Both the position numbers and the translations under genes were made by a program. Of a stretch of 64,000 bases of DNA, positions 36,534 through 44,938 are shown piece by piece. The notes beneath the pieces are model-generated. The model was not told the origin of the DNA. It was given only the letters and a program-made list of their open reading frames with translations, and made no database searches. The stretch is from a virus, in IMG/VR virus record IMGVR_UViG_642555161_000005. One strand, 5' to 3'. The first letter of the stretch is position 1. Each line of letters starts with the position of its first letter.

Positions 36534-36828
36534 GGGTATCTCCGGAACGTGCGGGGGAGGGCTGGGCAGCCTTCAGGGCGGTTTGCCAGGCAGGCACTGG
36601 GCTGTCCTCGGCGTCGAGCAGCTGCAGCAGGCCCGGGCGGTGGCCGGTGACGATGCGTCCGCCGGCCTTCAGCACTAGGAGAACCTGCGACTTTTTCGTG
36701 AGCGGATCTTGGCGAGGCAGATGACGGACGTTGGTGACCTTGCCGGCCACGATCTCTGCAACGGCAGTGTGATCAGGGCCCGCGGCAATGTCGCAGGCGA
36801 AGGCCGGCGCGGGTCGCTTGGCAGTCAT
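36520..36828 (-). CDS. Hypothetical protein
   Basis: Packed in the early operon. Confidence 0.6.
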   Translation of the reverse strand: MTAKRPAPAFACDIAAGPDHTAVAEIVAGKVTNVRHLPRQDPLTKKSQVLLVLKAGGRIVTGHRPGLLQLLDAEDSPVPAWQTALKAAQPSPARSGDTHEPQ

Positions 36829-36830
36829 CG

Positions 36831-37088
36831 TCAGCGCCTCTGGCTCGGCGGCAGCGTGGGGAGCTGCTGGGGCTCGGCAACCGCCGCCGTCAGGTTCCCG
36901 GTTTCGTGAGCCAACCGGATTGCGTCGAGCTCGACCTTCACCGCGCCGATGTAGGTGGTGGCCACGACGGTGGTGGCCTTGGCGCGCTCGATGACCTGGC
37001 CCATCTGCTCTGCACTCAGGTCGTCGTCGCCCAGGCGTTCGAGCATGGCCACCAGGTGATCGCGCACATCACTGACCTTGTTCTTCAT
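36831..37088 (-). CDS. Hypothetical phage protein (HNH-associated)
   Basis: MKNKVSDVRDHLVAMLERLGD...IERAKA. Confidence 0.75.
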   Translation of the reverse strand: MKNKVSDVRDHLVAMLERLGDDDLSAEQMGQVIERAKATTVVATTYIGAVKVELDAIRLAHETGNLTAAVAEPQQLPTLPPSQRR

Positions 37089-37794
37089 CTTCTTCTTGCT
37101 CCTTGATTCGCCTCCTGACCCGGCGGGTGATTCGCGCCTTCAGGTGGACCAGTTCTTTCAGTTCCGGAGGGAACCGGTTGTGGTAGCTGTTGCGCCGCAT
37201 GTTCTCGGCGAGGGTGACAGTCTCGAGGCGATCAGCAGTGATCTCTGCGGCGACCAGCGTCTTCAGGCCCGGCCGGAACACCACGATGTGTCCCTCCGGT
37301 ACCGGGCCGTTTTCCGCCTCCCAGACCATCACGTGCACCGGTCGCCAGCGATTGACCGGGAACAGGGCTGGGTCGTCTGTGACCTTGCGCATCAGCACCT
37401 TCCGTTTCGGATCGACCTTCTCGGTCCCGATCGGCACGTAGTTGCGCGCCTCGCTGGCCGGCCGCCCCTTCTTGAACTGGGTTTCCCGCATTCGGCCGGC
37501 GTGCCAGCCCGGCCTGCGCAGTCCCTTGTTCGATGGTGTGGTGCCGGGCTTGAAGCGCGAGGCGATCGATCCCGGCTCCTGCGTCCCGTTCCAGAGCGCG
37601 GCCAGCGGTTGGGTATGGAAGTCGTTGGCCTTCTGCAGGCCCAGAGCCGCAGCCCGCCGGTACACCGCGGCTGTGGGTCGTTCGAGGACGTGCGCGATCA
37701 GGAAGGCGGGGAACCGCGGCCAGTTGAGCCGCAGCGTCTCTTCCTCGTCGACCGTCCATGGCCGGCGCGCGTTGGGGTGTGACTTGCGCACCAT
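37069..37794 (-). CDS. HNH-type endonuclease-like protein
   Basis: FKKG repeats; WRPVHVMVWEAENGPVPEGHIVVF...AENMRRN. Confidence 0.8.
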   Translation of the reverse strand: MVRKSHPNARRPWTVDEEETLRLNWPRFPAFLIAHVLERPTAAVYRRAAALGLQKANDFHTQPLAALWNGTQEPGSIASRFKPGTTPSNKGLRRPGWHAGRMRETQFKKGRPASEARNYVPIGTEKVDPKRKVLMRKVTDDPALFPVNRWRPVHVMVWEAENGPVPEGHIVVFRPGLKTLVAAEITADRLETVTLAENMRRNSYHNRFPPELKELVHLKARITRRVRRRIKEQEEDEEQGQ

Positions 37795-37797
37795 GGC

Positions 37798-38514
37798 TCA
37801 CGGGGTCCAATCCGAGCCGTTCGGGACCTGGTTCTGCTGCCGCGCGCGCTGCCGGACTGCTTCCTTCCGGAAGTACGCGCGGTGCTCGACCTTCTGGCCG
37901 CGGATGCGGAAGCCCCAGCTGTGGGCGCGCGGGGGCAGCGTCAGCACCAGCGTCCAGGTGCCTTCAGCCTGCAGGTCCTCGGCAAGGGCGATCCGATGCC
38001 AGCCCTCAGCACGGCGGAACAGCAGCTGGCCAGCGCCGTACCAGGTCGACGAATACGGTTCCTCGGCGATCGCCGACGGCACCGCGTCCGGTACCGCCGG
38101 CAGTGGCCCGTCGAAGGGCCGGTGCTCGAAGTACCCACCGCGCAGGATCAGACTGAAGAAGGACCAAGGGTGGTCGTGGAAGACGCCGCCGTGGTCGCTG
38201 CTGCGGATGTGGTGCAGGCGCAGGGCCAACCAGGGCCGGGGCTGGCCACGGTCGTCGACGCCGGCGCGGCCAATACGCAGCAGCCAGAAACGGTCCATGT
38301 AAGGCGTGCCATCGGCGTTGACCAGGTGGAAGTAGGGCGTGCGGGTGCCGCGCTGGATCAGTGCAGTGGCAACGCGGTCCAGCATGCGACGACCCACAGT
38401 GCGGGGCGGCGCCTGGAGATCGATGTAGCTGCCGCAGCGGCCGCACGATTCCATATCCGGCCAATCTCGGGCGCACCCGAGCAGGGCGCAGATGAAGGCG
38501 CGCACCCGGCTCAC
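37798..38514 (-). CDS. Cupin-like hypothetical protein
   Basis: HDHPWSFFSLILRGGYFE and WHRI metal-binding pattern. Confidence 0.7.
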   Translation of the reverse strand: MSRVRAFICALLGCARDWPDMESCGRCGSYIDLQAPPRTVGRRMLDRVATALIQRGTRTPYFHLVNADGTPYMDRFWLLRIGRAGVDDRGQPRPWLALRLHHIRSSDHGGVFHDHPWSFFSLILRGGYFEHRPFDGPLPAVPDAVPSAIAEEPYSSTWYGAGQLLFRRAEGWHRIALAEDLQAEGTWTLVLTLPPRAHSWGFRIRGQKVEHRAYFRKEAVRQRARQQNQVPNGSDWTP

Positions 38515-38756
38515 GGCTGCTTACCCCTGTAGGTCGGAACCAGGCCGTCGGCGGCGGTCAACGTGCCGGCCTCAATCTGGCGCTGACGGCGGGCACGCTC
38601 AGCCCGGCCGCCGCCCGCCGGTGCCCAGGTGGTGCGGTGGCGTGCCGGCATGCGACGGACAGGGACGGCGCGCGCCGCGCGCTGCGGCAGCGCCAGCAGC
38701 GCGGGCAGCAGGAGGTCGAGGGGGAGGCGGCCAGTGATCAGAAGATGCGGGTGCAT
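38511..38756 (-). CDS. Hypothetical protein
   Basis: RBS GAGG, coupled to the next gene. Confidence 0.55.
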   Translation of the reverse strand: MHPHLLITGRLPLDLLLPALLALPQRAARAVPVRRMPARHRTTWAPAGGGRAERARRQRQIEAGTLTAADGLVPTYRGKQP

Positions 38757-38763
38757 AGGGACC

Positions 38764-39666
38764 TCATGCGTATGTGGTGAGGCGGAAGTGCTTGCGGACC
38801 AGGTCGTAGAGGCGACCCACTTCCCCGATCTGCAGTGCGAAACGGGTATCGAGCTCGGCACGCCGGCCGTCCTCATCACCTTGGTCGAGTTGGTCCAATG
38901 CGCCGTCCAGGAAGCGGAGCTTTCGAACGATCAGGTCGTCGCCGAGGACAAAGGAGAGGTGGTCATCCAGCACCAGGGCGAGCTTGGTGACCTGCTTGCC
39001 CGTCTCCAGGTGCAGGTCGACCTCGTCACAGCGCAGTTCGTGGTGCTGGCAGCGAACGATTGCGCCGCCCTCGACCGGATCGCGCAGCTCGCACTCCTCG
39101 CCCAGGCTGAGGCCTTCGGGCAGGGGCTCGCCGGCAACCCAGCTGGTCAGAATCGCCCGCGGCGATACCTCGGCGTTCAGGGGCAGAGCGGGGAAGCTGC
39201 CAACCACGTTGCGTAGCTGGCTCATGGCGGCCTCGCCGGTCTTGCGGCTGCTGGTGTCGACGAACACGACGCCGCGCTGGTGGTCGAGGTAGAGATCCGT
39301 GCGGGAGGGGCGGACGAAGGCCCGAGGCAGCAGCTCGTGCAGCAGGTCGTCCTTGATGCGTTTCCGTTCGCGGCCGCCGGGGCGACGCCCTTCCTGCTCT
39401 TCGATGTCCTGCAGCTTGAGGTCGAGCAGGTTGTTCACCACCGCCGGCGGCAGGATCTTCTCTTCGGCGCCGATGGCCATCCACACGCATCGGCCGACCT
39501 CGTGCGACAGCAGCTCCTTCTCTTCGCGGCCGAACGGCGAAATGAAGCCGACCGAGCTCATTTCCAGCGGACCGACCGGCTTCAGGGCACGCGCCTGCAG
39601 GCCGTCCTGCCAGTCGAACATCTGCAGCTGCGGGTAGGTGAACATCGTGAGGTTGCGGAAGAACAT
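38764..39666 (-). CDS. rdgC: Recombination-associated protein RdgC
   Basis: MFFRNLT, EEKILPPAVV, LLPRAF and GKQVTKLAL motifs. Confidence 0.92.
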   Translation of the reverse strand: MFFRNLTMFTYPQLQMFDWQDGLQARALKPVGPLEMSSVGFISPFGREEKELLSHEVGRCVWMAIGAEEKILPPAVVNNLLDLKLQDIEEQEGRRPGGRERKRIKDDLLHELLPRAFVRPSRTDLYLDHQRGVVFVDTSSRKTGEAAMSQLRNVVGSFPALPLNAEVSPRAILTSWVAGEPLPEGLSLGEECELRDPVEGGAIVRCQHHELRCDEVDLHLETGKQVTKLALVLDDHLSFVLGDDLIVRKLRFLDGALDQLDQGDEDGRRAELDTRFALQIGEVGRLYDLVRKHFRLTTYA

Positions 39667-39824
39667 CAGGTGTCTCCGGTCTGTTCAGAGGTGACGCTGC
39701 TGCCTTCGGGCAGCTCGGAAAGGCCCAGGGTGTAGAGCGCGTCGTCGATCGCCGCCTGCTCGGCTTCTGCGATGACGCTGTGCGGTCTGACCACGCCCGG
39801 GATGTGGACGTGGAAGAGCCTCAT
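39666..39824 (-). CDS. Small hypothetical protein
   Basis: Start/stop overlaps with neighbours. Confidence 0.55.
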   Translation of the reverse strand: MRLFHVHIPGVVRPHSVIAEAEQAAIDDALYTLGLSELPEGSSVTSEQTGDT

Positions 39825-40084
39825 GGTCGGCAGGCCTCGGCGATGCGCTGGAACTTGCGCGCCCAGGTGGCCAGGTCCGGCTTCATCCCCGCGCTCCAGG
39901 CGATCTGGAAGATCGAGCCGAAGCGGATCCGCAGCGCGCGCCACTGGTCCGGCGGTGCGATGGAAACCGCGCGCTGGTAGCGCTGCACGCGCGCTGCGGC
40001 AGTGATCGCCGGCGGCATGCGGTCCAGGTCGTGCTGCAGGATTGCGTCGACGCCGTGGCCCAGCAGGTGCAGGTCTGCCGTCAT
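39821..40084 (-). CDS. Small hypothetical protein
   Basis: ATGA overlaps on both sides. Confidence 0.6.
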   Translation of the reverse strand: MTADLHLLGHGVDAILQHDLDRMPPAITAAARVQRYQRAVSIAPPDQWRALRIRFGSIFQIAWSAGMKPDLATWARKFQRIAEACRP

Positions 40085-40329
40085 GACATGGCCCTCCCGT
40101 GCACTACCCAGAACAACTCGACCAACGCCCGCGGCACTGAGGGCATTGCCCGCGTCTCATAGAACGCGGCTTCGATGATCTGTTCGAAGGTGCGGCCATC
40201 CGGCGCGCGCGCTGCTTCGCCGTCGACCTTCAGCAGGTTCGTGAGGTATTCCTTGCTGTTCGGCCCCAGGTTCTCGACCAGGTCGTCGAGGTCGATCTCG
40301 GCGTCGACCGTCATGTTCACGATGGTCAT
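40081..40329 (-). CDS. Small hypothetical protein
   Basis: ATGA overlaps. Confidence 0.6.
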   Translation of the reverse strand: MTIVNMTVDAEIDLDDLVENLGPNSKEYLTNLLKVDGEAARAPDGRTFEQIIEAAFYETRAMPSVPRALVELFWVVHGRAMS

Positions 40330-40454
40330 GACAGCACCGCCCGGGATCCAAACCCTACCGCCACGCCCAGCAGGAAGCCGGCCGTGCCGCCAATGGCCAG
40401 CACCCGCCGGAACAGGACCGCGGTGGCCTCGGCGATGATCTCTTCCGCCCTCAT
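40326..40454 (-). CDS. Small membrane peptide
   Basis: ATGA overlaps; hydrophobic VLAIGGTAGFLLGVAVGFG. Confidence 0.55.
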   Translation of the reverse strand: MRAEEIIAEATAVLFRRVLAIGGTAGFLLGVAVGFGSRAVLS

Positions 40455-40723
40455 GCGGCACCGCCTTTGACGCGGGCGAGGGCAACCGCGCGTCGCCCCC
40501 AGGCCTCGCGCGCCGCTTCGAACGATTCGTGATCGCTTGGCGAGTTGAGCCACCGATCGCGCGCCTGGTCGTAGTCCTCGTCGGCCGCCACCAACGCATC
40601 AATGGCGGTTCCGGCTTCCTGCAGCGCGTCGGCGTACCGGCGGGTATCAGCGCCGTCGTCAGCGGCGCCGTGCAGCGCGCTGACTGCGTGGCGGATTGCC
40701 GCGATGTTGGAGGGGGCGCTCAT
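40451..40723 (-). CDS. Small hypothetical protein
   Basis: ATGA overlaps. Confidence 0.6.
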   Translation of the reverse strand: MSAPSNIAAIRHAVSALHGAADDGADTRRYADALQEAGTAIDALVAADEDYDQARDRWLNSPSDHESFEAAREAWGRRAVALARVKGGAA

Positions 40724-41139
40724 GCGGCACCGCCTTGGGGCATGACGAAGCGGTAGCCGCGCAGTCGGATGGTCTCGATGGCGTGCTTGTGGCCAGCGGC
40801 AGCGAGCTTGCGGCGCACGCGCGACACCAGCACCTGCAGGACGTTGGACTCCCGCGAGGGTGGCTTGCTGCCCGGGTACATCGCGGCATGCAGCGCGTCG
40901 ACTTCCACCAGGCGATCCGGGGCTGCGACCAGAACCTGCATCACCACGGCCTCGGTGCGGCTGAGTTTGATGCTGCTGCCGGCGATCAGCAGGCGCTGCC
41001 CCATGATGACGGGCGCGGTATGGCTGGCAGCCTCGCCGCAGCTGCTGCAGAGATCCTTGTCGATCCAGGAGCAGCCGCCGCGGCAGGCCTGCAGCTCGGT
41101 GCAGCCGCAGATGCGGCAGCGGCGTTCGGTGAAGGCCAT
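40720..41139 (-). CDS. Cys-rich Zn finger + OmpR/PhoB-type winged-helix protein
   Basis: CRICGC...C..GC...CSSC; LSRTE...LQVLVSRVRRKL...IETIRLRGYRF. Confidence 0.8.
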   Translation of the reverse strand: MAFTERRCRICGCTELQACRGGCSWIDKDLCSSCGEAASHTAPVIMGQRLLIAGSSIKLSRTEAVVMQVLVAAPDRLVEVDALHAAMYPGSKPPSRESNVLQVLVSRVRRKLAAAGHKHAIETIRLRGYRFVMPQGGAA

Positions 41140-41627
41140 CAGTGCACCTCCACGAAGGCCAGGTCATAGATGACGCACCGCGCCCGGGCCACCACAGAAG
41201 AGGTGGCTTCCGTCGACAGGGGGACGACGGTATTGGCCCGGGCGCAGGCGTCGGGGGAAACGGAATAGGTACCGGCGACAACCGCGTCGACGGCGTCGAG
41301 CGCGAGCTGCCAGCGGTAGGGGGAAAAGTCCTTGGCCAGCGCAGCGGAGACGCCGGCGGCACAGTCCGGCACGCGGCCGGCATCGTTGAAGCCGTTGAGC
41401 ACTGCCTGCGCGATGGTGGTGCGCAGGCCCCAGTCGTTCTCGCTGGCCAGGGTGTAGACCTCCAGCGCCGCGCAGATGCGCGGGCTGGTGATCACCAGCG
41501 CGGCTGGTGCCCGGACGGCCTGGCCGGGTTCGTCTGTGGAAGGGGACGAAGTGGAGAAGGTGGCGCCAATGCCGGTGGCAGTGGCGATGCCAAGTGCCAG
41601 GTACAGCGACGAAGACAGTGCAGACAT
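41139..41627 (-). CDS. Exported/membrane-anchored protein resembling a degenerate SleB-like cell-wall hydrolase
   Basis: Hydrophobic N-terminus; CAALEVYTLA...IAQAVLN...WQLALDAV. Confidence 0.55.
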   Translation of the reverse strand: MSALSSSLYLALGIATATGIGATFSTSSPSTDEPGQAVRAPAALVITSPRICAALEVYTLASENDWGLRTTIAQAVLNGFNDAGRVPDCAAGVSAALAKDFSPYRWQLALDAVDAVVAGTYSVSPDACARANTVVPLSTEATSSVVARARCVIYDLAFVEVH

Positions 41628-41656
41628 GTGCTCAACCATCCGTGCTTGGGATGCCG

Positions 41657-41701
41657 AGCAAAATATTGCGCAAAACTTAACGTGTCAAGCAAAAGTTTGC
41701 T
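41657..41701 (-). promoter_or_regulatory. PL-like promoter with two operators
   Basis: Minus strand TTGACA (41683-41688)-N17-TATTTT (41660-41665); operators AGCAAAATATTGCG (41657-41670) and AGCAAAAGTTTGCT (41688-41701). Confidence 0.8.
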
Positions 41702-42158
41702 ACGTGTATAGTTTAAGAACTATCTGGCCCGCCCGAAGGCCTGCGCGGCTCACCAGCGCGTAGAGAATCCAGCCTGTGTTGATCGCTTCTGGCGTGAAGC
41801 CCGCCACGCTCTCGAGCGCGTCGAATGGCAGGGGCCAGGCCAGAGCCCGGATGTCGGCCTCACGGCTCAGTGCACCCTCCCAAACGCTGAGATCCGCATA
41901 GCGAATGACATCGACGGTTGGCACGAAGAAAGCGGGGGCAGGGCCACGGTCCACCATGAACTGAGCGAAGTCGTCAGTGCCGATCCACCATTCACGTCGG
42001 TCATAGATCACCGAGCCGTGCTGGTGCCGCGCGCGCCGAAAGGCTTGCTCCACACCGGTGCGCATTGCTTCATATGTACGCTCGCCCCCGAACAAGAACT
42101 GGACCAGGCTCTCAACGAGCTCAGCGGCTTCTATGTCAGTGTCGGGGGTGAAGGCCAA
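41700..42158 (-). CDS. Hypothetical protein downstream of the repressor
   Basis: TTG start 1 nt after the repressor stop. Confidence 0.6.
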   Translation of the reverse strand: MAFTPDTDIEAAELVESLVQFLFGGERTYEAMRTGVEQAFRRARHQHGSVIYDRREWWIGTDDFAQFMVDRGPAPAFFVPTVDVIRYADLSVWEGALSREADIRALAWPLPFDALESVAGFTPEAINTGWILYALVSRAGLRAGQIVLKLYT

Positions 42159-42159
42159 T

Positions 42160-42543
42160 TTAGCCGGCCTTTGCCGAAGGCGCCTCGGTCGGAAGACCCG
42201 CGTACCGCACCTCGGCGTTTGCCACGCGCTCGATGTTGGTACGGCCCTGCTCAGGGACTGCTATGTAGTCCTGGATGACCTGGTTGAGTCGTTGCCCGGT
42301 GAGCACTTCGAGCGGGACATCCTGAATAAACAGCATCCATGCCGGTACGCCGAACGCCGCCGCCAGGCCGTCCACGGTGCGAACGGTAGGGGAGGTCTCG
42401 TGGGTCTTTCCGTAAGTGACTACGTTGCCAACGTTGCGCTGGGACAGTCCCGCGCGCTTGGCGACCTTCGCCTGAGTCTCGCCGCCTGCTTCCATGAGCC
42501 GGCGGACGTTGTCGGCGAGGACCAGGTTCGAATCAATGTTCAT
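42160..42543 (-). CDS. CI-like repressor (HTH only)
   Basis: LADNVRRLM...TQAKVAKRAGLSQRNVGNV...PTVRTVDGLAAAFGV; divergent from cro; no S24 peptidase domain visible. Confidence 0.85.
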   Translation of the reverse strand: MNIDSNLVLADNVRRLMEAGGETQAKVAKRAGLSQRNVGNVVTYGKTHETSPTVRTVDGLAAAFGVPAWMLFIQDVPLEVLTGQRLNQVIQDYIAVPEQGRTNIERVANAEVRYAGLPTEAPSAKAG

Positions 42544-42546
42544 ATA

Positions 42547-42604
42547 AGCAGAATATTGATCGGTCTCGGCAAAGTACTGCTTTTCACCTGAGCAAACTTT
42601 TGCT
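42547..42604. promoter_or_regulatory. OR-like triple operator
   Basis: AGCAGAATATTGAT (42547), GGCAAAGTACTGCT (42568), AGCAAACTTTTGCT (42591); same 14-bp palindromic consensus as at PL. Confidence 0.8.
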
Positions 42605-42616
42605 ATATCTAGGGGC

Positions 42617-42937
42617 ATGGACGCCGATACCCTCTTGCATCAAACCGTGGTGCGCCTGCGTGCGCATGAAGGGAAGTACGCCGAGATCGCCCGGCAGAAC
42701 CCGGACATCGGCTATTCGTGGCTGACGAAGCTGGCGCACGGGCAGATCACGAACCCGACGATCGCCAGCCTGCAGCAGCTGATCGAGGCGCTGAATGCCT
42801 TCGAAGGCCGGGAGCGGGGCGGCCTGGCCGAAGTGGTGGCGCAGGCCGATCCGGTTATGGATCCGGTTATGGAACTGCGCATCGAACCGAGCGGCGACGT
42901 GGACGCCGGCCGCATCGTCCCGCTGGAGACAGCCTGA
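42617..42937 (+). CDS. Cro-like HTH protein
   Basis: YAEIAR...IGYSWLTKLAHGQITNPTIASLQQL. Confidence 0.8.
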   Translation: MDADTLLHQTVVRLRAHEGKYAEIARQNPDIGYSWLTKLAHGQITNPTIASLQQLIEALNAFEGRERGGLAEVVAQADPVMDPVMELRIEPSGDVDAGRIVPLETA

Positions 42938-43341
42938 TGGCTTGGCATCTACCCGACAACCTCAACCCCCGCGTGTGGCTCCGCAACTGGCTGAACAAGC
43001 AGACCGTAACGGAGACAGCTGAGGCCGAGCAGCGGCACCAGGCCGTCCTTGCCCGCATCCGCGCTCGAGCGCTGCGCGAGGTGGCGGATAGGGCTGGCCT
43101 CTCAAAGGAAATCACTGTTTCCCAGCAGCGCTTTGACCAAGCGCTTGCGGGTGTCAGCGACTGTGCTGCCGAGGAAGCGATGCTTGCGGGGCAACTTCGA
43201 GAGCTGCTTTCTCGAACTTCGCCTCATAGCGCGGAGTCGCGCCTGCGCCCTGAGCCTGGTCCTGGAGCCAGCGCAGCTCAAGTGCCGTCTGCACGCGATC
43301 CCGGGTCCGTTGATCGCTTGATTCCAGGAGAAGAGGGATGA
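42937..43341 (+). CDS. Hypothetical protein (3' end overlaps an antisense gene)
   Basis: TGATG coupling with cro. Confidence 0.55.
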   Translation: MAWHLPDNLNPRVWLRNWLNKQTVTETAEAEQRHQAVLARIRARALREVADRAGLSKEITVSQQRFDQALAGVSDCAAEEAMLAGQLRELLSRTSPHSAESRLRPEPGPGASAAQVPSARDPGSVDRLIPGEEG

Positions 43342-43531
43342 CGGTTTCCATTACCGCAGCCCGCCCGCGCGCACCGTCCAAGAGCCAGACCAACCGCTCG
43401 ATGACTCTTGCGTGGTCGACTTGGATCCGCTCCAGGTCGTGGATTCGAATGTTCATCGCTTCGCGCTGCTTTTCCTGTTCCCCCAGTAGTTCGTGTAGCT
43501 GGTCTATGCGGACGTCAGCTGGCAATGCCAT
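43154..43531 (-). CDS. Antisense coiled-coil hypothetical protein 1
   Basis: RBS GGAG and a TAGGCT -10-like box 40 nt upstream. Confidence 0.65.
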   Translation of the reverse strand: MALPADVRIDQLHELLGEQEKQREAMNIRIHDLERIQVDHARVIERLVWLLDGARGRAAVMETVIPLLLESSDQRTRDRVQTALELRWLQDQAQGAGATPRYEAKFEKAALEVAPQASLPRQHSR

Positions 43532-43612
43532 GGCGCTTCTCCGGATGGTGGTTGGTGGTGTGGAAATCCCAGCCTACCAGCCGGAGGGCGCCGCCTCTTG
43601 GAGCAAATACTG

Positions 43613-43906
43613 ATGGCCCGTCGACACCTCAGCAATCCTCGCGAAGGGGAGGATCGAGGCCACGGCCGGGATCGCAGGGAGCTGCGCGCGCTGCGCACTC
43701 AGGTCCGAGACCTGCAGCGGCAGGTCGACGACCTCTCCGCTTGGCGTGCCCAGCGGGAAGACTCAGCCCGAATGGCAGCGGCGACGTTGGCGGCAATCCA
43801 GACAGCCCCTACCAGGTCGCTGACGAAAGTCCGGCCGGCCGGACTATTGGCGCGTGCCGCTTCCGCATTGCGCGCGCTGTTTACGCACGGTCGGTGCAAT
43901 GAATAG
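43613..43906 (+). CDS. Hypothetical coiled-coil protein
   Basis: RBS GGAG. Confidence 0.55.
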   Translation: MARRHLSNPREGEDRGHGRDRRELRALRTQVRDLQRQVDDLSAWRAQREDSARMAAATLAAIQTAPTRSLTKVRPAGLLARAASALRALFTHGRCNE

Positions 43907-44303
43907 CGGGCATCAGAAGCGCGGTCGGGTAAACCCGCTGCCAGCCTCCACGCCGACCGTCATGACCGCGGCGCTGCAGCGCATTGGTGCGCTTGAACGC
44001 CGGGTGCGCGTGCTGGAGCAGCGGCAGTCGGCCTCTACCGCTCCGGCTCCGGCTCATGTTTCTGCTCCTGCCGTACCCGCTGCTGTGTCTGAGCCTGTTG
44101 CTTCACAGATTCCGACTGGCTGCGCGCGGTGCGTTGGCGAATCGCGATCACCTTCAGAATCAGCTCTTCTGTATCGGCCAGCTGGCTCAGGACCCGCTCG
44201 CAGTACGCGTCTGGGTCTCCGTTTGCGAGTCTTTCGCGCATTGATTGCATGGTTCGACGCACCAGCTTCAGCAGGTCGCCCAAATTGGGATGACTGCCAA
44301 TGA
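43899..44303 (+). CDS. Hypothetical protein (3' end overlaps an antisense gene)
   Basis: Start overlaps the previous stop. Confidence 0.4.
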   Translation: MNSGHQKRGRVNPLPASTPTVMTAALQRIGALERRVRVLEQRQSASTAPAPAHVSAPAVPAAVSEPVASQIPTGCARCVGESRSPSESALLYRPAGSGPARSTRLGLRLRVFRALIAWFDAPASAGRPNWDDCQ

Positions 44304-44415
44304 GAGCGCGGAGAACCCAAGTGTCGGCTTCGCGGGAATCCTCCAACGCAGCAATGCGCTCGTCGTACTTGGCGAAGCGGGCTTCCAGTTCGGATGGGGT
44401 CATGGGGGAGATCAT
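44035..44415 (-). CDS. Antisense hypothetical protein 2 (start may be 44403)
   Basis: WVLRALIGSHPN motif shared with 44633..44938. Confidence 0.65.
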   Translation of the reverse strand: MISPMTPSELEARFAKYDERIAALEDSREADTWVLRALIGSHPNLGDLLKLVRRTMQSMRERLANGDPDAYCERVLSQLADTEELILKVIAIRQRTARSQSESVKQQAQTQQRVRQEQKHEPEPER

Positions 44416-44632
44416 TCGCTTGAGTGAATTCGATTCTGTCAGTAGTCGGCACCAGATGCCTACGAACTAAAGCGTGCCACGAGTATCGGGAGGTGGTGAG
44501 TGATGTCTGGCAATAGCAAACCGATGGCCGACAAGCATGTCGGCGCATCGGACCTGGTGTTTACCGCCGAGCCTCTAGATCCAAGGCGACCGGGGCGTTG
44601 GGCGCCCGTCTTCGACGAAAGCCACGAGGAGG

Positions 44633-44938
44633 TCACACGCCCGGGTGCACCTGCTCAAAGAAGTTGCCGTATCGCTGAAGAACTCGGGCCAGGGAGTCTC
44701 GTCTCTGACGAGCCCAGTCTGGGGTGCCCGCCTGCTCCACCTGTCCGACCAGGTCCTGGACCCGAGCCTTCAGAGCGGCTGGATTTGGATGAGTCGCGAT
44801 GAGCGCATGGACCCACAGATCCATGGCTGCCTTCTCACCATGGACTGTTTCCATGTCCTGAGCGACCGCCTCGAGCTGCCCGCGGACGCGATGCTGGAAG
44901 GCGTCGAAGTCAATTGCAAGTTGCTGCAAATCTGCCAT
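44633..44938 (-). CDS. Antisense hypothetical protein 3
   Basis: WVHALIATHPN; RBS GGAG; CAGAAT -10-like box 40 nt upstream. Confidence 0.7.
   Translation of the reverse strand: MADLQQLAIDFDAFQHRVRGQLEAVAQDMETVHGEKAAMDLWVHALIATHPNPAALKARVQDLVGQVEQAGTPDWARQRRDSLARVLQRYGNFFEQVHPGV

Noticed and set aside
42848..42871. 12-bp tandem duplication (DPVM x2) in the cro tail
   Set aside because: In-frame slippage in a probably disordered tail; no sign of function
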